A DNA stretch of 36,683 bases from Octopus bimaculoides (Eukaryota): positions 7,853,712 to 7,890,394 of the forward strand of contig NC_069004.1 in the NCBI RefSeq assembly GCF_001194135.2, in the 5' to 3' direction. The translations under genes were made by a program, and so were the position numbers. Positions 1 to 31,978 of the stretch are shown piece after piece (position 1 is the stretch's first letter; the number at the start of each line of letters is the position of its first letter). The notes below the pieces were generated by a model. It did no database searches, was not told where the DNA came from, and was given only the letters and a program-made list of their open reading frames with translations.

Positions 1-179
1 CTGTGCCCAAACCTATCCAGCGACTGATCCGTTGGATGTCTGACGTTTGGCACTTCCTCAGGAATGGTTTCCATCAGAACCTATTACGAAAAAACACAAA
101 TAACGATCATAACAAATTATTAAAAATTATTAAAATTTCCTTAACGTAGCTCCACCATGCTGTCTTCGTACTAGATATG

Positions 180-230
<51 letters not shown>

Positions 231-838
231 CACATGCAGCATCCCTTCCTTGCTATAAACATCTTGTATTTTTTTTTCATTCCAATAATGTACCATCCAA
301 AGTGATTTTCTGCAGATATTCCTAATTAGATCAATTGACAGCACACATGGTTCCTATTTTATTATCACACTCGTAAGATGGAAGACTTCAGTAAATGAGA
401 GATAAAAATCTCAAATAATGTGCAAGATTACGATGAAGATCAATGTCAAACTTGTATTTACTGGAAATAACGATACATCATAAAACTTAATACAGCTGTC
501 CAGATAACGATCAACTGGAAATACAAAGTTGAGCTTAACAAGACTTCATATACATATTACGACCTATAGAGCTATAAAAATGATCTTTATACACAAGCTG
601 AGAGAATCTTACGCATTTGAAATCCGTATTAAATAATTAACTAGAAGATATTTATCATCTTCATAATAGTCCGAATACCTCAAGCTAATATGAGATACGT
701 TAAATAAAAGAGATTAAAGCAAGAACGGAAACAATTGCTTCTGTAAAGTAGTATATTCGAAGTAATATACGTGCTTCCTGTATTCACAATTATGCACCTA
801 TGTATGTATGTATGAAAATGTATGTATGTATGTATGTA

Positions 839-869
<31 letters not shown>

Positions 870-2239
870 NNNNNNNNNNNNNNNNNNNNNNNNNNNNNNN
901 NNNNNNNNNNNNNNNNNNNNNNNNNNNNNNNNNNNNNNNNNNNNNNNNNNNNNNNNNNNNNNNNNNNNNNNNNNNNNNNNNNNNNNNNNNNNNNNNNNNN
1001 NNNNNNNNNNNNNNNNNNNNNNNNNNNNNNNNNNNNNNNNNNNNNNNNNNNNNNNNNNNNNNNNNNNNNNNNNNNNNNNNNNNNNNNNNNNNNNNNNNNN
1101 NNNNNNNNNNNNNNNNNNNNNNNNNNNNNNNNNNNNNNNNNNNNNNNNNNNNNNNNNNNNNNNNNNNNNNNNNNNNNNNNNNNNNNNNNNNNNNNNNNNN
1201 NNNNNNNNNNNNNNNNNNNNNNNNNNNNNNNNNNNNNNNNNNNNNNNNNNNNNNNNNNNNNNNNNNNNNNNNNNNNNNNNNNNNNNNNNNNNNNNNNNNN
1301 NNNNNNNNNNNNNNNNNNNNNNNNNNATATATATATATATAAATGTAATGCACACACATATATACACTTAAACAACGGATATATGCATGGACATATCCAC
1401 ACAGAATTCTGTATTCTCAGAAATTGTCTTTACAACTTTTGGGATACCGGTTTTCAGATCATAAGGACGAATGGTTCCTAGGACAGATTTTTAAAAGAAT
1501 TGAACTGAAAATACAAGAGATTTGAATGGATAACATTGTAGCGGCAATGTTTGTTAATGTATGACAATATATTACCCAAAAATATAAATAAAAATCAAGG
1601 CAAAGTTCAAATTTAAATATAAGAAGGGACAAGGTGTCGCCTACGAAATGGATTTATGCTATACGTCGTGAAAAATATAAACAGGATTGTAAGAAAAGGC
1701 TTTATGGATTATTCTGAATATAGATATTGTACAACATACAAAAGAAGAATATGTATGAAAGGTTTAATATGAGATAATGTTTAAATGTAAGAATGATAAA
1801 ATAACAGAATCAGCTATAAAAAAAATGATATTGTCTTGGTGGAAGCAAAGATTTTTTTTAACAATAATATACATTTTCAAAATACACTTCGATAAAAACG
1901 TAAGATACGGTTTTACAGTTTAGGTAATCTATAATGGACGTATAAATAAAGAGGTAACAAAAAAGCAGTTAATTAGAATCTTTGACTCGGTATATCGGAT
2001 ATGATGGAAGAAATACTAATGATTTTGTAAGTCCGTGGTATTTCGCTATGCAACTATAATGTTATATGTTATATGTTACTATGATTGTATAACGAAATAC
2101 CACGTACCTACTAATCATTAATATTTACGTTCCAGCTTCCAAGAATGCGTTTAATAAGTAAATTGGTACGTCTAATAACATTACACAGCTTTGTTTGGTG
2201 GCTATTTAAGTAATGTGTTCTAGGATGATTAATAGGTTA

Positions 2240-2990
2240 CATGGGTGCTGACGAATAGTCAAAGCCCACCGAACTATGGCATATACGTCCATTACCCATT
2301 TTTCACCTTCGATCTCATTGTTTATATCTGACGCCTCGTATATGAAACGCAGTAGCAGAGATCATTGCTGGCTATAATTTCTATGGAATACCTGTAGAAA
2401 TAACCTCAACAAATGATGGAATAAACATCAGAATATATCGGCTAAAACATCGTTCCCTTCAAGACGATCAAGTGAGTTCCTCATGACATGTAACACAAGC
2501 CAACAGATATTTTGTTGTCGTGGCGTTCTTACCTGATTTGAAGGTCTTTTTGATATGGTGAATCCAAAAGTGGTATCCATTTTTCAATCACATAAAGATT
2601 TCAAGATACCCAACCCCACCATTCATCAGTGGGTGATACATGTAGGGTTTAAGATGATCAAATATCCCCTGGGGCAACAAAGTCGATCCACGAAATAGCC
2701 ATGCTTTTTTATGTATGTGTGACACCAGCGCTGGAGGAAACATTGGGTGATCAAAGAATGGTCGCAGCTGCACTATTTCCAAAATCACCTTGATAAATTC
2801 TCTGAAAATCTCGATGACACAAGTAACAAGCAGGGGAAATGTTTCTCTCGGGACACAAAGTCAATGGAACAAAGGTATCAAGGCAAGTGAGACTTGAATA
2901 TGATGTCGGATTATTGCTAGAACTTGACCCGTGTTCTTCTTGAGGATCAGTATTCAAGAAAATCATCCAAACGAAAATTCATGGGAAATT
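2240..2990 (-). mobile_element. Heavily decayed Penelope-like element, C-terminal region including GIY-YIG endonuclease
   Basis: Minus-strand translation with stops and frameshifts. KYLLACVTCHEELT* has the spacing of IYxIxCxxCxxxYIG. WVMDVYAIVRWALT has the spacing of WIxxLxTxxPxGLN. FPLLVT...PPALVS lies upstream. Confidence 0.45.
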
Positions 2991-3339
2991 AGGCATAAAG
3001 AATAATTTAATTTGACTGAGGAAATTTTAAGATTTTTTTATTAGATTTCCAGTAGAATTTAAAGCAAGCATTCTGGTTTTGAAGAAAAAAATATTTTTTT
3101 ATGTTACGCCTTGTTCCTCACAAGCTGTTTTATTGGAAAGAAAAAAAGCAATAAAATTCTTTGGATGTAGTATCTTAAAGACTTGACATGGTGGTAATAA
3201 ATGGATGTCATTTACAAATGCTGTGAGTCAAAAAATCCCTAGTTCTTGTCCAAATTCTTTGAATAGCAGTGAAAAATTTGTGTTTGTGTGTGTGTGTATG
3301 TGTGTTTGTCTGTGTCTGTGTATCTGTGTGCGCGTGTAC

Positions 3340-3682
3340 ATTGTATGTGTCCTCCCAAATCACTACTGCTTGACAAGCGGTGTTATTTTCTTTACGAACC
3401 CCGCAGTGTTTGGAAAGATTCCATTACAATGATGTATCGCGTATAAAATATTTTGATGGCATTACAAGCGATCTTTTGGGACGCATTACGTACACATTCA
3501 CAAGTAAAATCCATTACTACTCTCATTCTGGCCAATAAACAAGAAAACATTGAGTTCCTGTTTCAGTTCGTACGGAAGGCAAGGAACAAGGATTTGAATG
3601 TTCTCCAGTATGGAACATCGTGGATAAAGCCAGGGAGTATTTCAATATATTCAGCATAGCTGCAGTCTAATGGCTGAAACAC
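3340..3682 (+). mobile_element. Decayed octopus-type SINE remnants (central piece and 3' piece)
   Basis: gtcctcccaaatcactactgcttgacaagcgg and cagcatagctgcagtctaatggctgaaaca. The latter matches the reverse complement of the SINE tail at 24860-24900. Confidence 0.4.
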
Positions 3683-4018
3683 ATATGTCTATCCAGAAGG
3701 ATAGACATATCGTTGAGAACAATGGGCTTCGTTGGTGGTACTGTGATATCTCTATTCTAGGTGTTGGTGAAGTGGAAGAGACTATAAGGGTCAAGTGGTG
3801 AAGGCAAAATTTCGGCCTTCTAAAGGCATCTGGAAAATGTAAAACTGCTGTCAGAGAAAAACTATTGTTCTACCGTGGGAAAAGTTCTGTTGAAGCGTGA
3901 ATTTAAATTTGACTATGGTGGATCGAATTCACTTTATGCCTGCAAGATGCCAAGATGCACTACATCTATATATATATTATATTATTATTTAATTGAAAAC
4001 CACGCATCCATTCCCAAG

Positions 4019-4068
<50 letters not shown>

Positions 4069-4614
4069 NNNNNNNNNNNNNNNNNNNNNNNNNNNNNNNN
4101 NNNNNNNNNNNNNNNNNNNNNNNNNNNNNNNNNNNNNNNNNNNNNNNNNNNNNNNNNNNNNNNNNNNNNNNNNNNNNNNNNNNNNNNNNNNNNNNNNNNN
4201 NNNNNNNNNNNNNNNNNNNNNNNNNNNNNNNNNNNNNNNNNNNNNNNNNNNNNNNNNNNNNNNNNNNNNNNNNNNNNNNNNNNNNNNNNNNNNNNNNNNN
4301 NNNNNNNNNNNNNNNNNNNNNNNNNNNNNNNNNNNNNNNNNNNNNNNNNNNNNNNNNNNNNNNNNNNNNNNNNNNNNNNNNNNNNNNNNNNNNNNNNNNN
4401 NNNNNNNNNNNNNNNNNNNNNNNNNNNNNNNNNNNNNNNNNNNNNNNNNNNNNNNNNNNNNNNNNNNNNNNNNNNNNNNNNNNNNNNNNNNNNNNNNNNN
4501 NNNNNNNNNNNNNNNNNNNNNNNNNNNNNNNNNNNNNNNNNNNNNNNNNNNNNNNNNNNNNNNNNNNNNNNNNNNNNNNNNNNNNNNNNNNNNNNNNNNN
4601 NNNNNNNNNNNNNN

Positions 4615-4670
<56 letters not shown>
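4615..4670. repeat. (GA)n microsatellite about 190 bp upstream of the IYD start codon
   Basis: Pure GA run, truncated on the left by an N-gap. Confidence 0.95.
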
Positions 4671-4673
<3 letters not shown>

Positions 4674-4856
4674 TGTAGAGATAATACTTGACATATATCG
4701 TACATGTTACCAAGACCTGACCTACTGACATTTTTCCTGTTTTTTTCAACTACTGTACGCTTACTATCCCGTTATACTACTTCCCGCGCTGTTTATAACA
4801 ATACAAGTGCGCTACTTTGTCTAAGAACTTGTGTAGTGTTCTGCTTTTCATAAAGA

Positions 4857-23342
<18,486 letters not shown>

Positions 23343-23547
23343 AGTAAATCATGGCAGATGGATTTTGTGTCCGTCAAGAAAGCTTCTTCGTGATCATTTT
23401 ACCATTTCATTGTTTGTTTTTTAATAGTAATGATGATGGAGGAAGAGAAAACATTTATATTACACTATTAATGCTGTTTCTGAATGTCGCTCCAATTTAA
23501 TAACGTGATACTCATCTCTATAAATGATCAGATTATATATATATACA

Positions 23548-23582
<35 letters not shown>

Positions 23583-24203
23583 GTATATATATATNNNNNN
23601 NNNNNNNNNNNNNNNNNNNNNNNNNNNNNNNNNNNNNNNNNNNNNNNNNNNNNNNNNNNNNNNNNNNNNNNNNNNNNNNNNNNNNNNNNNNNNNNNNNNN
23701 NNNNNNNNNNNNNNNNNNNNNNNNNNNNNNNNNNNNNNNNNNNNNNNNNNNNNNNNNNNNNNNNNNNNNNNNNNNNNNNNNNNNNNNNNNNNNNNNNNNN
23801 NNNNNNNNNNNNNNNNNNNNNNNNNNNNNNNNNNNNNNNNNNNNNNNNNNNNNNNNNNNNNNNNNNNNNNNNNNNNNNNNNNNNNNNNNNNNNNNNNNNN
23901 NNNNNNNNNNNNNNNNNNNNNNNNNNNNNNNNNNNNNNNNNNNNNNNNNNNNNNNNNNNNNNNNNNNNNNNNNNNNNNNNNNNNNNNNNNNNNNNNNNNN
24001 NNNNNNNNNNNNNNNNNNNNNNNNNNNNNNNNNNNNNNNNNNNNNNNNNNNNNNNNNNNNNNNNNNNNNNNNNNNNNNNNNNNNNNNNNNNNNNNNNNNN
24101 NNNNNNNNNNNNNNNNNNNNNNNNNNNNNNNNNNNNNNNNNNNNNNNNNNNNNNNNNNNNNNNNNNNNNNNNNATATATATATTTATTTATGTATGTATG
24201 TAT

Positions 24204-24448
24204 ATGTTTGAATGTGGTGTGTGCCAGAGGGTTTGCAAATCCAATGGGGGTCTTAAAAGACATGTTAGGATCCACAATGAGCAGAACTTACTTGCAGGTA
24301 TTGGTAGTGCAAATCAGAGGTGCAATCTGTGTGGGTGTTTTTTCAAAACACTGTCTGGTTTAAAAAGCCACATCAGACGCCATGAAAGGGCTAAGGTGTA
24401 GGTGCAGGAGGTGGTCAAACTCTGTTTAAGAAGTAGACAACCACCATA
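24204..24448 (+). mobile_element. Two-finger C2H2 mini-ORF (24204..24401, 65 aa), probably the 3' end of a 5'-truncated RTE-type LINE
   Basis: MFECGVCQRVCKSNGGLKRHVRIH...CNLCGCFFKTLSGLKSHIRRH: two intact C-X2-C-X12-H-X3-H fingers with a non-TGEKP linker. A short tail ends in (TATG)n, and the same microsatellite lies upstream. Confidence 0.6.
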
Positions 24449-24489
24449 TGTATGTATATATGTAAGAAGGGAATCTTAACTACTGTTAT

Positions 24490-25030
24490 TCTTATAGAAC
24501 TTACCGAAGAAAGAATACTAGAACCATTCTACTACAGATTAGGAAAGATATCTAATGTTGCTATTCGGCAAAGTAATTCGTGAAAAGATCCCCTTCGAAT
24601 TATCTTCCCCAAGCAAGTAAGAACAAATTTTTAAATCCTACAAAAGTATCAAAGATACTCAAAAATATATTTAAGCAGCTCTACTTTGTTACATGATTTA
24701 TCTACTACAGAGTGGCTTCCAGTTAAATATACAACATACAAGTTATTACAAAACTCATTTAGGATCTTTGATCAAATGACCATGGAGAATAGATTGAATT
24801 ATAAAGAGTACCGAACTCAAATTCCTTTTTATATTCTTTCTTTCTTTTCTTTTCTTTAACTTGTTTCAGTCATTTGACTGCGGCCATGCTGGAGCACTGC
24901 CTTTNNNNNNNNNNTAGTAGAAGACACTTGCCCAAGGTGCCACGCAGTGGGACTGAACCCATGACCGTACAGCCACTCCTGCGCCGGACTTTATTTTCCT
25001 AATTTATGAATGCTGTACTAATATTAAATA
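24490..25030 (+). repeat. Unclassified dispersed repeat, copy 1 (SINE-interrupted)
   Basis: Colinear with 35885-36288 (e.g. ctacagagtggcttccag.taaatatacaa; taccgaactcaaatt). Confidence 0.85.
24837..24985 (-). mobile_element. SINE (third family) with its centre collapsed at a 10-N gap
   Basis: The reverse complement gives head ggcgcaggagtggctg...gggttcagtcccactgcgtggcaccttgggcaag and tail ctccagcatggccgcagtcaaatgactgaaacaag plus an A-rich end. Confidence 0.85.
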
Positions 25031-25357
25031 TGTGTTCATGCAAAACATGGAATTACACACAGAATATGGGATTTGACTGTACAAGTGTAAAAGAATGTAC
25101 ATTTTCAAAGGAATTTGGACACTTTTTATTTTCAGTGATGATCGTACCCTCCCCTCTTTTCTTATCTTTCACATCTTACTTCCTAAAATTTACATCTTGA
25201 AAGGTAACCTAGACCCTCTGAAAAAATGTGTTTATTTACAAATATGTAGATAGGTATAAAATGAGAAGGAAAAGAAGAGAAAAAAGAAGAAAAAAGAAAA
25301 ATGCTTTGTAATGAAATTTCATTCGGTTGACCACATCAAATTGAAAAGAAACCCCCT

Positions 25358-25412
<55 letters not shown>

Positions 25413-25861
25413 NNNNNNNNNNNNNNNNNNNNNNNNNNNNNNNNNNNNNNNNNNNNNNNNNNNNNNNNNNNNNNNNNNNNNNNNNNNNNNNNNNNNNNNN
25501 NNNNNNNNNNNNNNNNNNNNNNNNNNNNNNNNNNNNNNNNNNNNNNNNNNNNNNNNNNNNNNNNNNNNNNNNNNNNNNNNNNNNNNNNNNNNNNNNNNNN
25601 NNNNNNNNNNNNNNNNNNNNNNNNNNNNNNNNNNNNNNNNNNNNNNNNNNNNNNNNNNNNNNNNNNNNNNNNNNNNNNNNNNNNNNNNNNNNNNNNNNNN
25701 NNNNNNNNNNNNNNNNNNNNNNNNNNNNNNNNNNNNNNNNNNNNNNNNNNNNNNNNNNNNNNNNNNNNNNNNNNNNNNNNNNNNNNNNNNNNNNNNNNNN
25801 NNNNNNNNNNNNNNNNNNNNNNNNNNNNNNNNNNNNNNNNNNNNNNNNNNNNNNNNNNNNN

Positions 25862-25893
<32 letters not shown>

Positions 25894-25989
25894 TGTGTGT
25901 GTGTGTGTATGTATGTATGTATATATATATATGTGTGTGTGTGTGTGTAAGTATTTATGTATATATGTGTATATATATGTCTGTGTCTG

Positions 25990-26048
25990 TATTCTTTTAC
26001 TCTTTTATTTGTTTCAGCCATCTGACTGCGGCCATCCTGGTGCACCGC
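25990..26048 (-). mobile_element. SINE 3' tail fragment
   Basis: ttcttttactcttttatttgtttcagccatctgactgcggccatcctggtgcaccgc. Confidence 0.65.
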
Positions 26049-27399
26049 ATTAATATACACATAGATCAGTATACGCATACATATATACATATGTATGTGT
26101 GCGTGTGTGTGTTTGTATATGTGTGTGTGTGTGTGTAAAATACCGTGTTAACTACAATATTGGTAAATAGCTTCAAGAAACCCTGACTTTCTGCTTTGAC
26201 ATTCACTTCACTTCTCTTTGAGAAAATCTGTCATCACATCTGCTCCAGTCGTGAACATCCTATCAAGTTTGACAGGTATTATATACACCTGAGCGATCTA
26301 CATTTTTCAGTGTGAGCGTATATTTTCTTTTAAGAAAGCATGACGTCATTTTAAAAGAAATTTTGTGGGTTGTTACTTCTAGTGAAAATATCTAACCGTT
26401 AGCTGGAACGAAAGTATTGTTGTTACAATGTAATGTAAAATCAAGAAACAAGATGTCAGTGAAGCAATGAAATAGAAATCAATTTTATTCAAATAACTTA
26501 TCAACAAAAGGCAATGTTCATCAATGTAAATATCACTGGAAGCCATGCTGTGCAATTTAACTATGTTATTTGTGTACCTGAATATGGCCTTTTGTTGCCG
26601 AAATACTGAATAAGAATACATATTTTAGTCTTTCAGGAACCTACAGTTTGTTGCGAGTTTTACAGCGTAGCAATGTAACTTCTAAAGATGTGTGAGTGAG
26701 AGAGAGACAGACAGAGAGAGGGGGTGGATGGAGAGAGAAAATATTAGAATAAGCGAACAACAGAGGTGAACACAGATTCAAAGAAAATATTTCATACGCT
26801 CTCACATTTATATATAGTTTGAAAGTATATGCGCTGTCATTTGTGTATGCATGTGTGTATGTGTGTGCGTGTGAGCGAGAGAGGGAGACGGAGTTTGTAT
26901 GTATGTATGTATGTATGTATGTATGGATGGATGGAAGGATGTATAGATGGATGGATGGATGGATGGATGGATATACAGATAGATAGAGAGATAGATCGAT
27001 ATGTGTCTTCATGCGCAAAAATTATATTTATGCTTATGGAGACAAACATGTATGTGTGAACATAACTCCTTACCCATTCAGGCTTACTTTTGGGTGTGTA
27101 TGTGTTTTTCCATATATATATNNNNNNNNNNNNNNNNNNNNNNNNNNNNNNNNNNNNNNNNNNNNNNNNNNNNNNNNNNNNNNNNNNNNNNNNNNNNNNN
27201 NNTATATATATACATATACCTGTACGTATATGCAAACACTACGGTTTACACACACATGCATATAAGTATGCATTTATGTATGGATGTACAAATAAAGAAA
27301 GTGTAACAATAAGAGTGAAAGAAAGAGAGAGCGAGAGAGAGAGAGAATGAAAGTCTAAGGTGTGATGAATAACTAATTTGGTTCTTCTTTGCTTCCATG

Positions 27400-28010
27400 A
27401 CCAGTATGTTCTATCTTTTCTGTAACAGTTTCACTTCCTGATGTTTAATGCCTCTTTCTTTCAGTCAATTCGTCCAGCTTTAATTCCGCATCATCCTTCT
27501 CATTCCTCTGCTTCTTTTTCGCTTCAATCTCTCCGCTCATCGCTAAATTCTCCAGACCCCCTTTCCTCCTCACGTGACCGAGAAATCTAAGTTCCTTGGA
27601 TTTTTTTCCCACGAAGCGGTTTCCTATTTACCGCAGTCCAAGTCATCACTTCTTCATTAGATACTTTGTCTATCCATGCTTTCCTCAAAATTCTCCGTAA
27701 GAAGCACATTTAACAGCTTTCTAAGCACATTCGTATTTCTGATGTTATAGACCGTGCTTCACTTCAATAAATGAACGCAAGGTAGACATAGCAGTTCAAT
27801 ATATGGATATTGGTTTTGATGCTCAGACAGGTTTCACAAGATATTATACATTTTTGAGAATACAGTTTCATATTTATAAATGTTTCATGTTATTAGAGGT
27901 GAACGAACATTCAATTATGTAATGTCTTTATGAGAATGACTCCATATTCTAAAAACAGTTTCTAGCTTTTGTGAAATCTGACATTTCATTCGTTTGAATC
28001 TTAACTCAAA
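27400..28010 (-). mobile_element. RTE-clade LINE RT C-terminal fragment
   Basis: Minus strand ILNCYVYLAFIY*SEARSITSEIRMCLESC*MCFLRRILRKAWIDKVSNEEV matches LKCYVWSxLLYGxExW...EMWxxRRxLxIxWxDxVxNEEV. Confidence 0.75.
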
Positions 28011-28269
28011 AGAATTAGAAAAGCAGTTAAGTTCGTGTTCGAATATTAATGCAATGAGCGTTAGATATTATGTGGGAGAAACAGACAACTAGATATGCAT
28101 ATATCTACTTTATGCATATATTTACTTTAAAAGCCATTTATGCGTGAATACATCTAATACACGCAGATTTTAAAAAGATAACTTGATGAAATTTTGTTTT
28201 GAGATAAAGCGATGCATAGTTATGTAGAGTGTAATATAAGGAAAGAAGGGAAAACGTTTTAATCAGTCG

Positions 28270-28960
28270 ATATAATGCTTGCAATAAAAAGAAAATTCAT
28301 TAGTGTTGATAACAACTTTTATAATCAAGGGAGGAAACTCCAAAATTCCGTGTGACTAGGACAAAAATATATCTTTATGACACTCAGTGCTGATCGTCGG
28401 CTATTGAATTTCTCCACTGAAGAGATGTGATGCCATACAATGGATTAAATTTCCGTTTCTAGATCATAAAAATATGCCCACAGTTCATCCTTTATCACTA
28501 GATCAAGTATTCATTGGCTTCAAGTCCTTTTGGCAGATCTAAGAATACTTCCAGTCTTCTCTCCTCCTCTGCCAAATGTCTCTAGGTACTCAATTTGCAC
28601 ACGCTTTCCAATATTTAGGATTTCCCTCCATCTTCTGTAATGGATTGTTATCCCAATCCAGCAGTGTATGCAAGCATACACATTGTGACACATGTATCCG
28701 AATGAATTAATTTGTTCATTCGTTGTTGATCTGCGAGCTGTTGCTATTGATGGTCATCCGATGGTCATCGGCTACATGTTTTGACTTGGAGCTTGTTTCT
28801 CCCTTGTTTAATCTTTTCCATCTATTTGTGCACACTGATTTTGTCTCTGGTGCCGCCCACCACCACCACACTCAAAAATATTGTAGCTTTCTGTGATTTT
28901 TGAAGAGTCAGTATCTCTCCGTTGTCAAGAACTTAATGACAACAGGTTGATACTGCCTGT
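28270..28960 (-). mobile_element. Decayed mariner transposase (N-terminus to first catalytic Asp region)
   Basis: Minus strand VVIKFLTTE; KACAN*VPRD (WVPHEL-like motif); LDLVIKDELWAYFYDLET (TGDExWxxxYDPET-like motif); SIVWHH. Confidence 0.75.
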
Positions 28961-29575
28961 AAGCTATTATCTGTCTACAATAAAAACGAACAGGAAAAAT
29001 GACTGCGACAGAAAAAATATTTCACTAACTTGTGCAGTTTCAATGACATATGTCAGTTAATAAAATAAGATATATCACTTTCTATAACATTCAGTACAAG
29101 TCAGTACAATATTGCAAAGACACATCCATTAACGAGACAATTTAAAATAATGACATGGGAACATTTGTGAGAGTTGCCGTCTGCAGGAACAACGTATAAA
29201 GAAGTGACTGAATATTCTTATCATGGCGAACGAAAGGTATTTTATCAAAGTAGAATCAAGATGGATACATCAGTGCTAACATTACTGATGCAAACAATAT
29301 TAAAAATGTAACTGCAAGAAAATATTTGATCAGTAATACTCGAGGCAACGCTGAATGTGTTTAAACCTCATTTTTATCTCATCTGCGTAACATAGACTTC
29401 GCAGTAATTACCGAAACACTGACGAGAGAATCAATAACAAAATGTGAAAAATTGTACTTTGGTTAATCTAGATGCCACAATAATTACAACGATATAATTG
29501 ACTAAAAAATATTATCCTCAACACGTAATTACCATATTATTTGTTATTTGTCTAATGTTTAATAAATTAAATATG

Positions 29576-29750
29576 CTAAAATGTTACATCCAATCTTTTT
29601 GAGAATTCTATCGTTTTAAAATCATATTTACTAAACTTGGACATTAATTTACCTGCATTTCCAACACTACATCTGCAAATACGGTGAAGTATGAACTTTA
29701 CTAACGAAGCCATAATAACCCCGAGCTTGTCTACAATTGTCTTTTCTAGA
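29576..29750 (-). mobile_element. Possible CR1/L2-type RT C-terminal fragment
   Basis: DKLGVIMASLVKFILH...NAGKL resembles KDLGVxxDxxLxFxxHI...KAxK. Confidence 0.35.
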
Positions 29751-30799
29751 TATTCAAATAACATAAAATTCATCATTATTTTTATTATATATTTTTTTTA
29801 AATCTTTACCCTATAATTAATCGCCGTTTGATCTTTATCATTCTATGCATTAACTACTGTTTTATCTTTAAGATGATGCCATTAATATATTTATTAGCAG
29901 ACAAAATTTGCAATGCATTAGTTTCAAAAATATGAAGGAAATATGAAGAAAGAAACATTCATTGCAAATATTACACAGAGCAGATATTTACGTCTATCAC
30001 GTGATCATCCACACTGAAATCTAGAATTATCAAGCTCTACTTCACTCACAAACAAATCGCACAGCAGAGCCTCAATGGAGTCACCTGATATGCCACAAAT
30101 AGCAGCCACATCTCCCTTAAATAATACCTTTCTACTTTTATAAAAATGACACTTGAAAATGTAGTTGGTGTAAGAAAATAGCTGTGAAAAATAGATGAGA
30201 TGGGTATGGTTTGAAAAGCAGGAAGTCATGATCACAAAAGACAATGTATTTTCACGCTATACAGCAGCTGATTTGTGGATCACACTTACATGTATGAGGA
30301 AAGGGTGATGTTTATGTGATAAATGGATTTGCCAAACATAGCAGCCAAATTTTCCTACAATGGCATCCTACAATTTTAGAACAAGAAACATTGAATAATA
30401 TACCTTGAAAAAACAATTTAAACCAAGATAAATCAAGGAAAAAATCAACAGGAATAATTCTTAGTGATGCCTCATTCCGTAAAATACTATCGGCAACGAA
30501 GATAACATAACAAAATCTCAGCAACGAAATATATCCAAATCTTCATTGACACTCTATTACTAGAGTGTTATCTCTCATATGACAGGTATGGTTGGAAGTA
30601 ATATCAGGAACTATGGTATACATAAAATAATTATAATTTGTCTTTTATCAAATTTCTTGATGTTAATGCAAAATATTGCAGTGACTACTAATTTTTCCGA
30701 AGTAAAGTTTTTATTACCTTGAAATAAAATTGAATAAAATAAAATTCTAATTTGTGTAACTCCTCCCAAAACCGGTGTATTATTTCAAAATTGTATATT

Positions 30800-30997
30800 A
30801 CTTTCTCCTATAGGCACAAAGACCGAAAACTGAGGCGCTAGTTGGTCATATCGGCGCCAGTGCTTGACTGCTACTTATTTTATTGACACCAAAAGGCAAA
30901 GTCGGCGTTGGTGGAATTTGAACCCTGAACGTTAAAACAAACGAAATCCAGCGAAGGATTTCAAACGGCATTCTAACGATACTCCCAGCTCGCTAGC
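30800..30997 (-). mobile_element. Octopus-type SINE (second family)
   Basis: Reverse complement is homologous to the copies at 11529 and 13090 (ttcagggttcaaattccacc...actttgcc...aataaaataagtagcagtc). Confidence 0.7.
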
Positions 30998-31590
30998 TTC
31001 AAGCTTGTAAATTTTCAATAAATATATCTCGTTATTTTTCAATCTTTTATCAACATTAATACTACAGATTAACTACTAAATGAATGTATATTTTTATTTT
31101 TCGAACTAAAGTATTTAACCGCAATATTCTCCTTAATCAAGTCCTATATGGAAAGAAATGCTTATAATATATTGCACGCGCGCATACGATTATATTCATG
31201 TAAAATTGAAAGACAACGCGGTTCCTTCTTCAGTGGGGATTTTGCGCTTTATAAACAGCGTATCACAAACATTAATGTGTAATGTAAACACTAAACTGAG
31301 GGTATTTATGATCTGATATTTCAGTTCGCTCTCGGCAACAGAAGTATCTGCATTATGGTATTTATTAAAGAAACATATGTTCACAAAATCTGTTCTACTT
31401 CTCCAAGTCTAATACCTAAGTATAGCTGAAAAGCACAAATTCCAATTATCTGGTAAGTATGTTATATTATAAATAAAAGAATATAATATCGGAAAATATA
31501 TATGTATTGCATCTGTATGAATAGAGATGTATATGGATATATATATATATACATATATATAGAGAGAGATGTATATTTATATATACATAC

Positions 31591-31626
<36 letters not shown>

Positions 31627-31636
31627 NNNNNNNNNN

Positions 31637-31670
<34 letters not shown>

Positions 31671-31858
31671 ATACATGTATATATATCCATGAATGCATAT
31701 GCATATATTTCTACACATGTATATATGTGTGTGTTTGTATATGTTTGTACATATACATGTATGTGTGTATATATATTTAAATGTATAAACATATGAATAG
31801 AAAGGGACACACATACTTACCCATAGACACAAATACATACAAACATACACACACAGAG

Positions 31859-31978
<120 letters not shown>

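Noticed and set aside
400-680. Possible MITE or retroelement remnant with weak inverted similarity at its ends
   Set aside because: Only about 12/15 match in AT-rich sequence, with no TSD or protein motif.
2560-2630. CTGATGA...GAAA on the minus strand as a hammerhead
   Set aside because: No stem I, II or III complementarity. Other CTGANGA hits I checked (about 54, 5019, 15961, 35343) fail likewise.
30005-30524. Two short minus-strand ORFs as a neighbouring gene
   Set aside because: No recognisable domain or convincing splice-phase chain; probably decayed TE or intergenic sequence.
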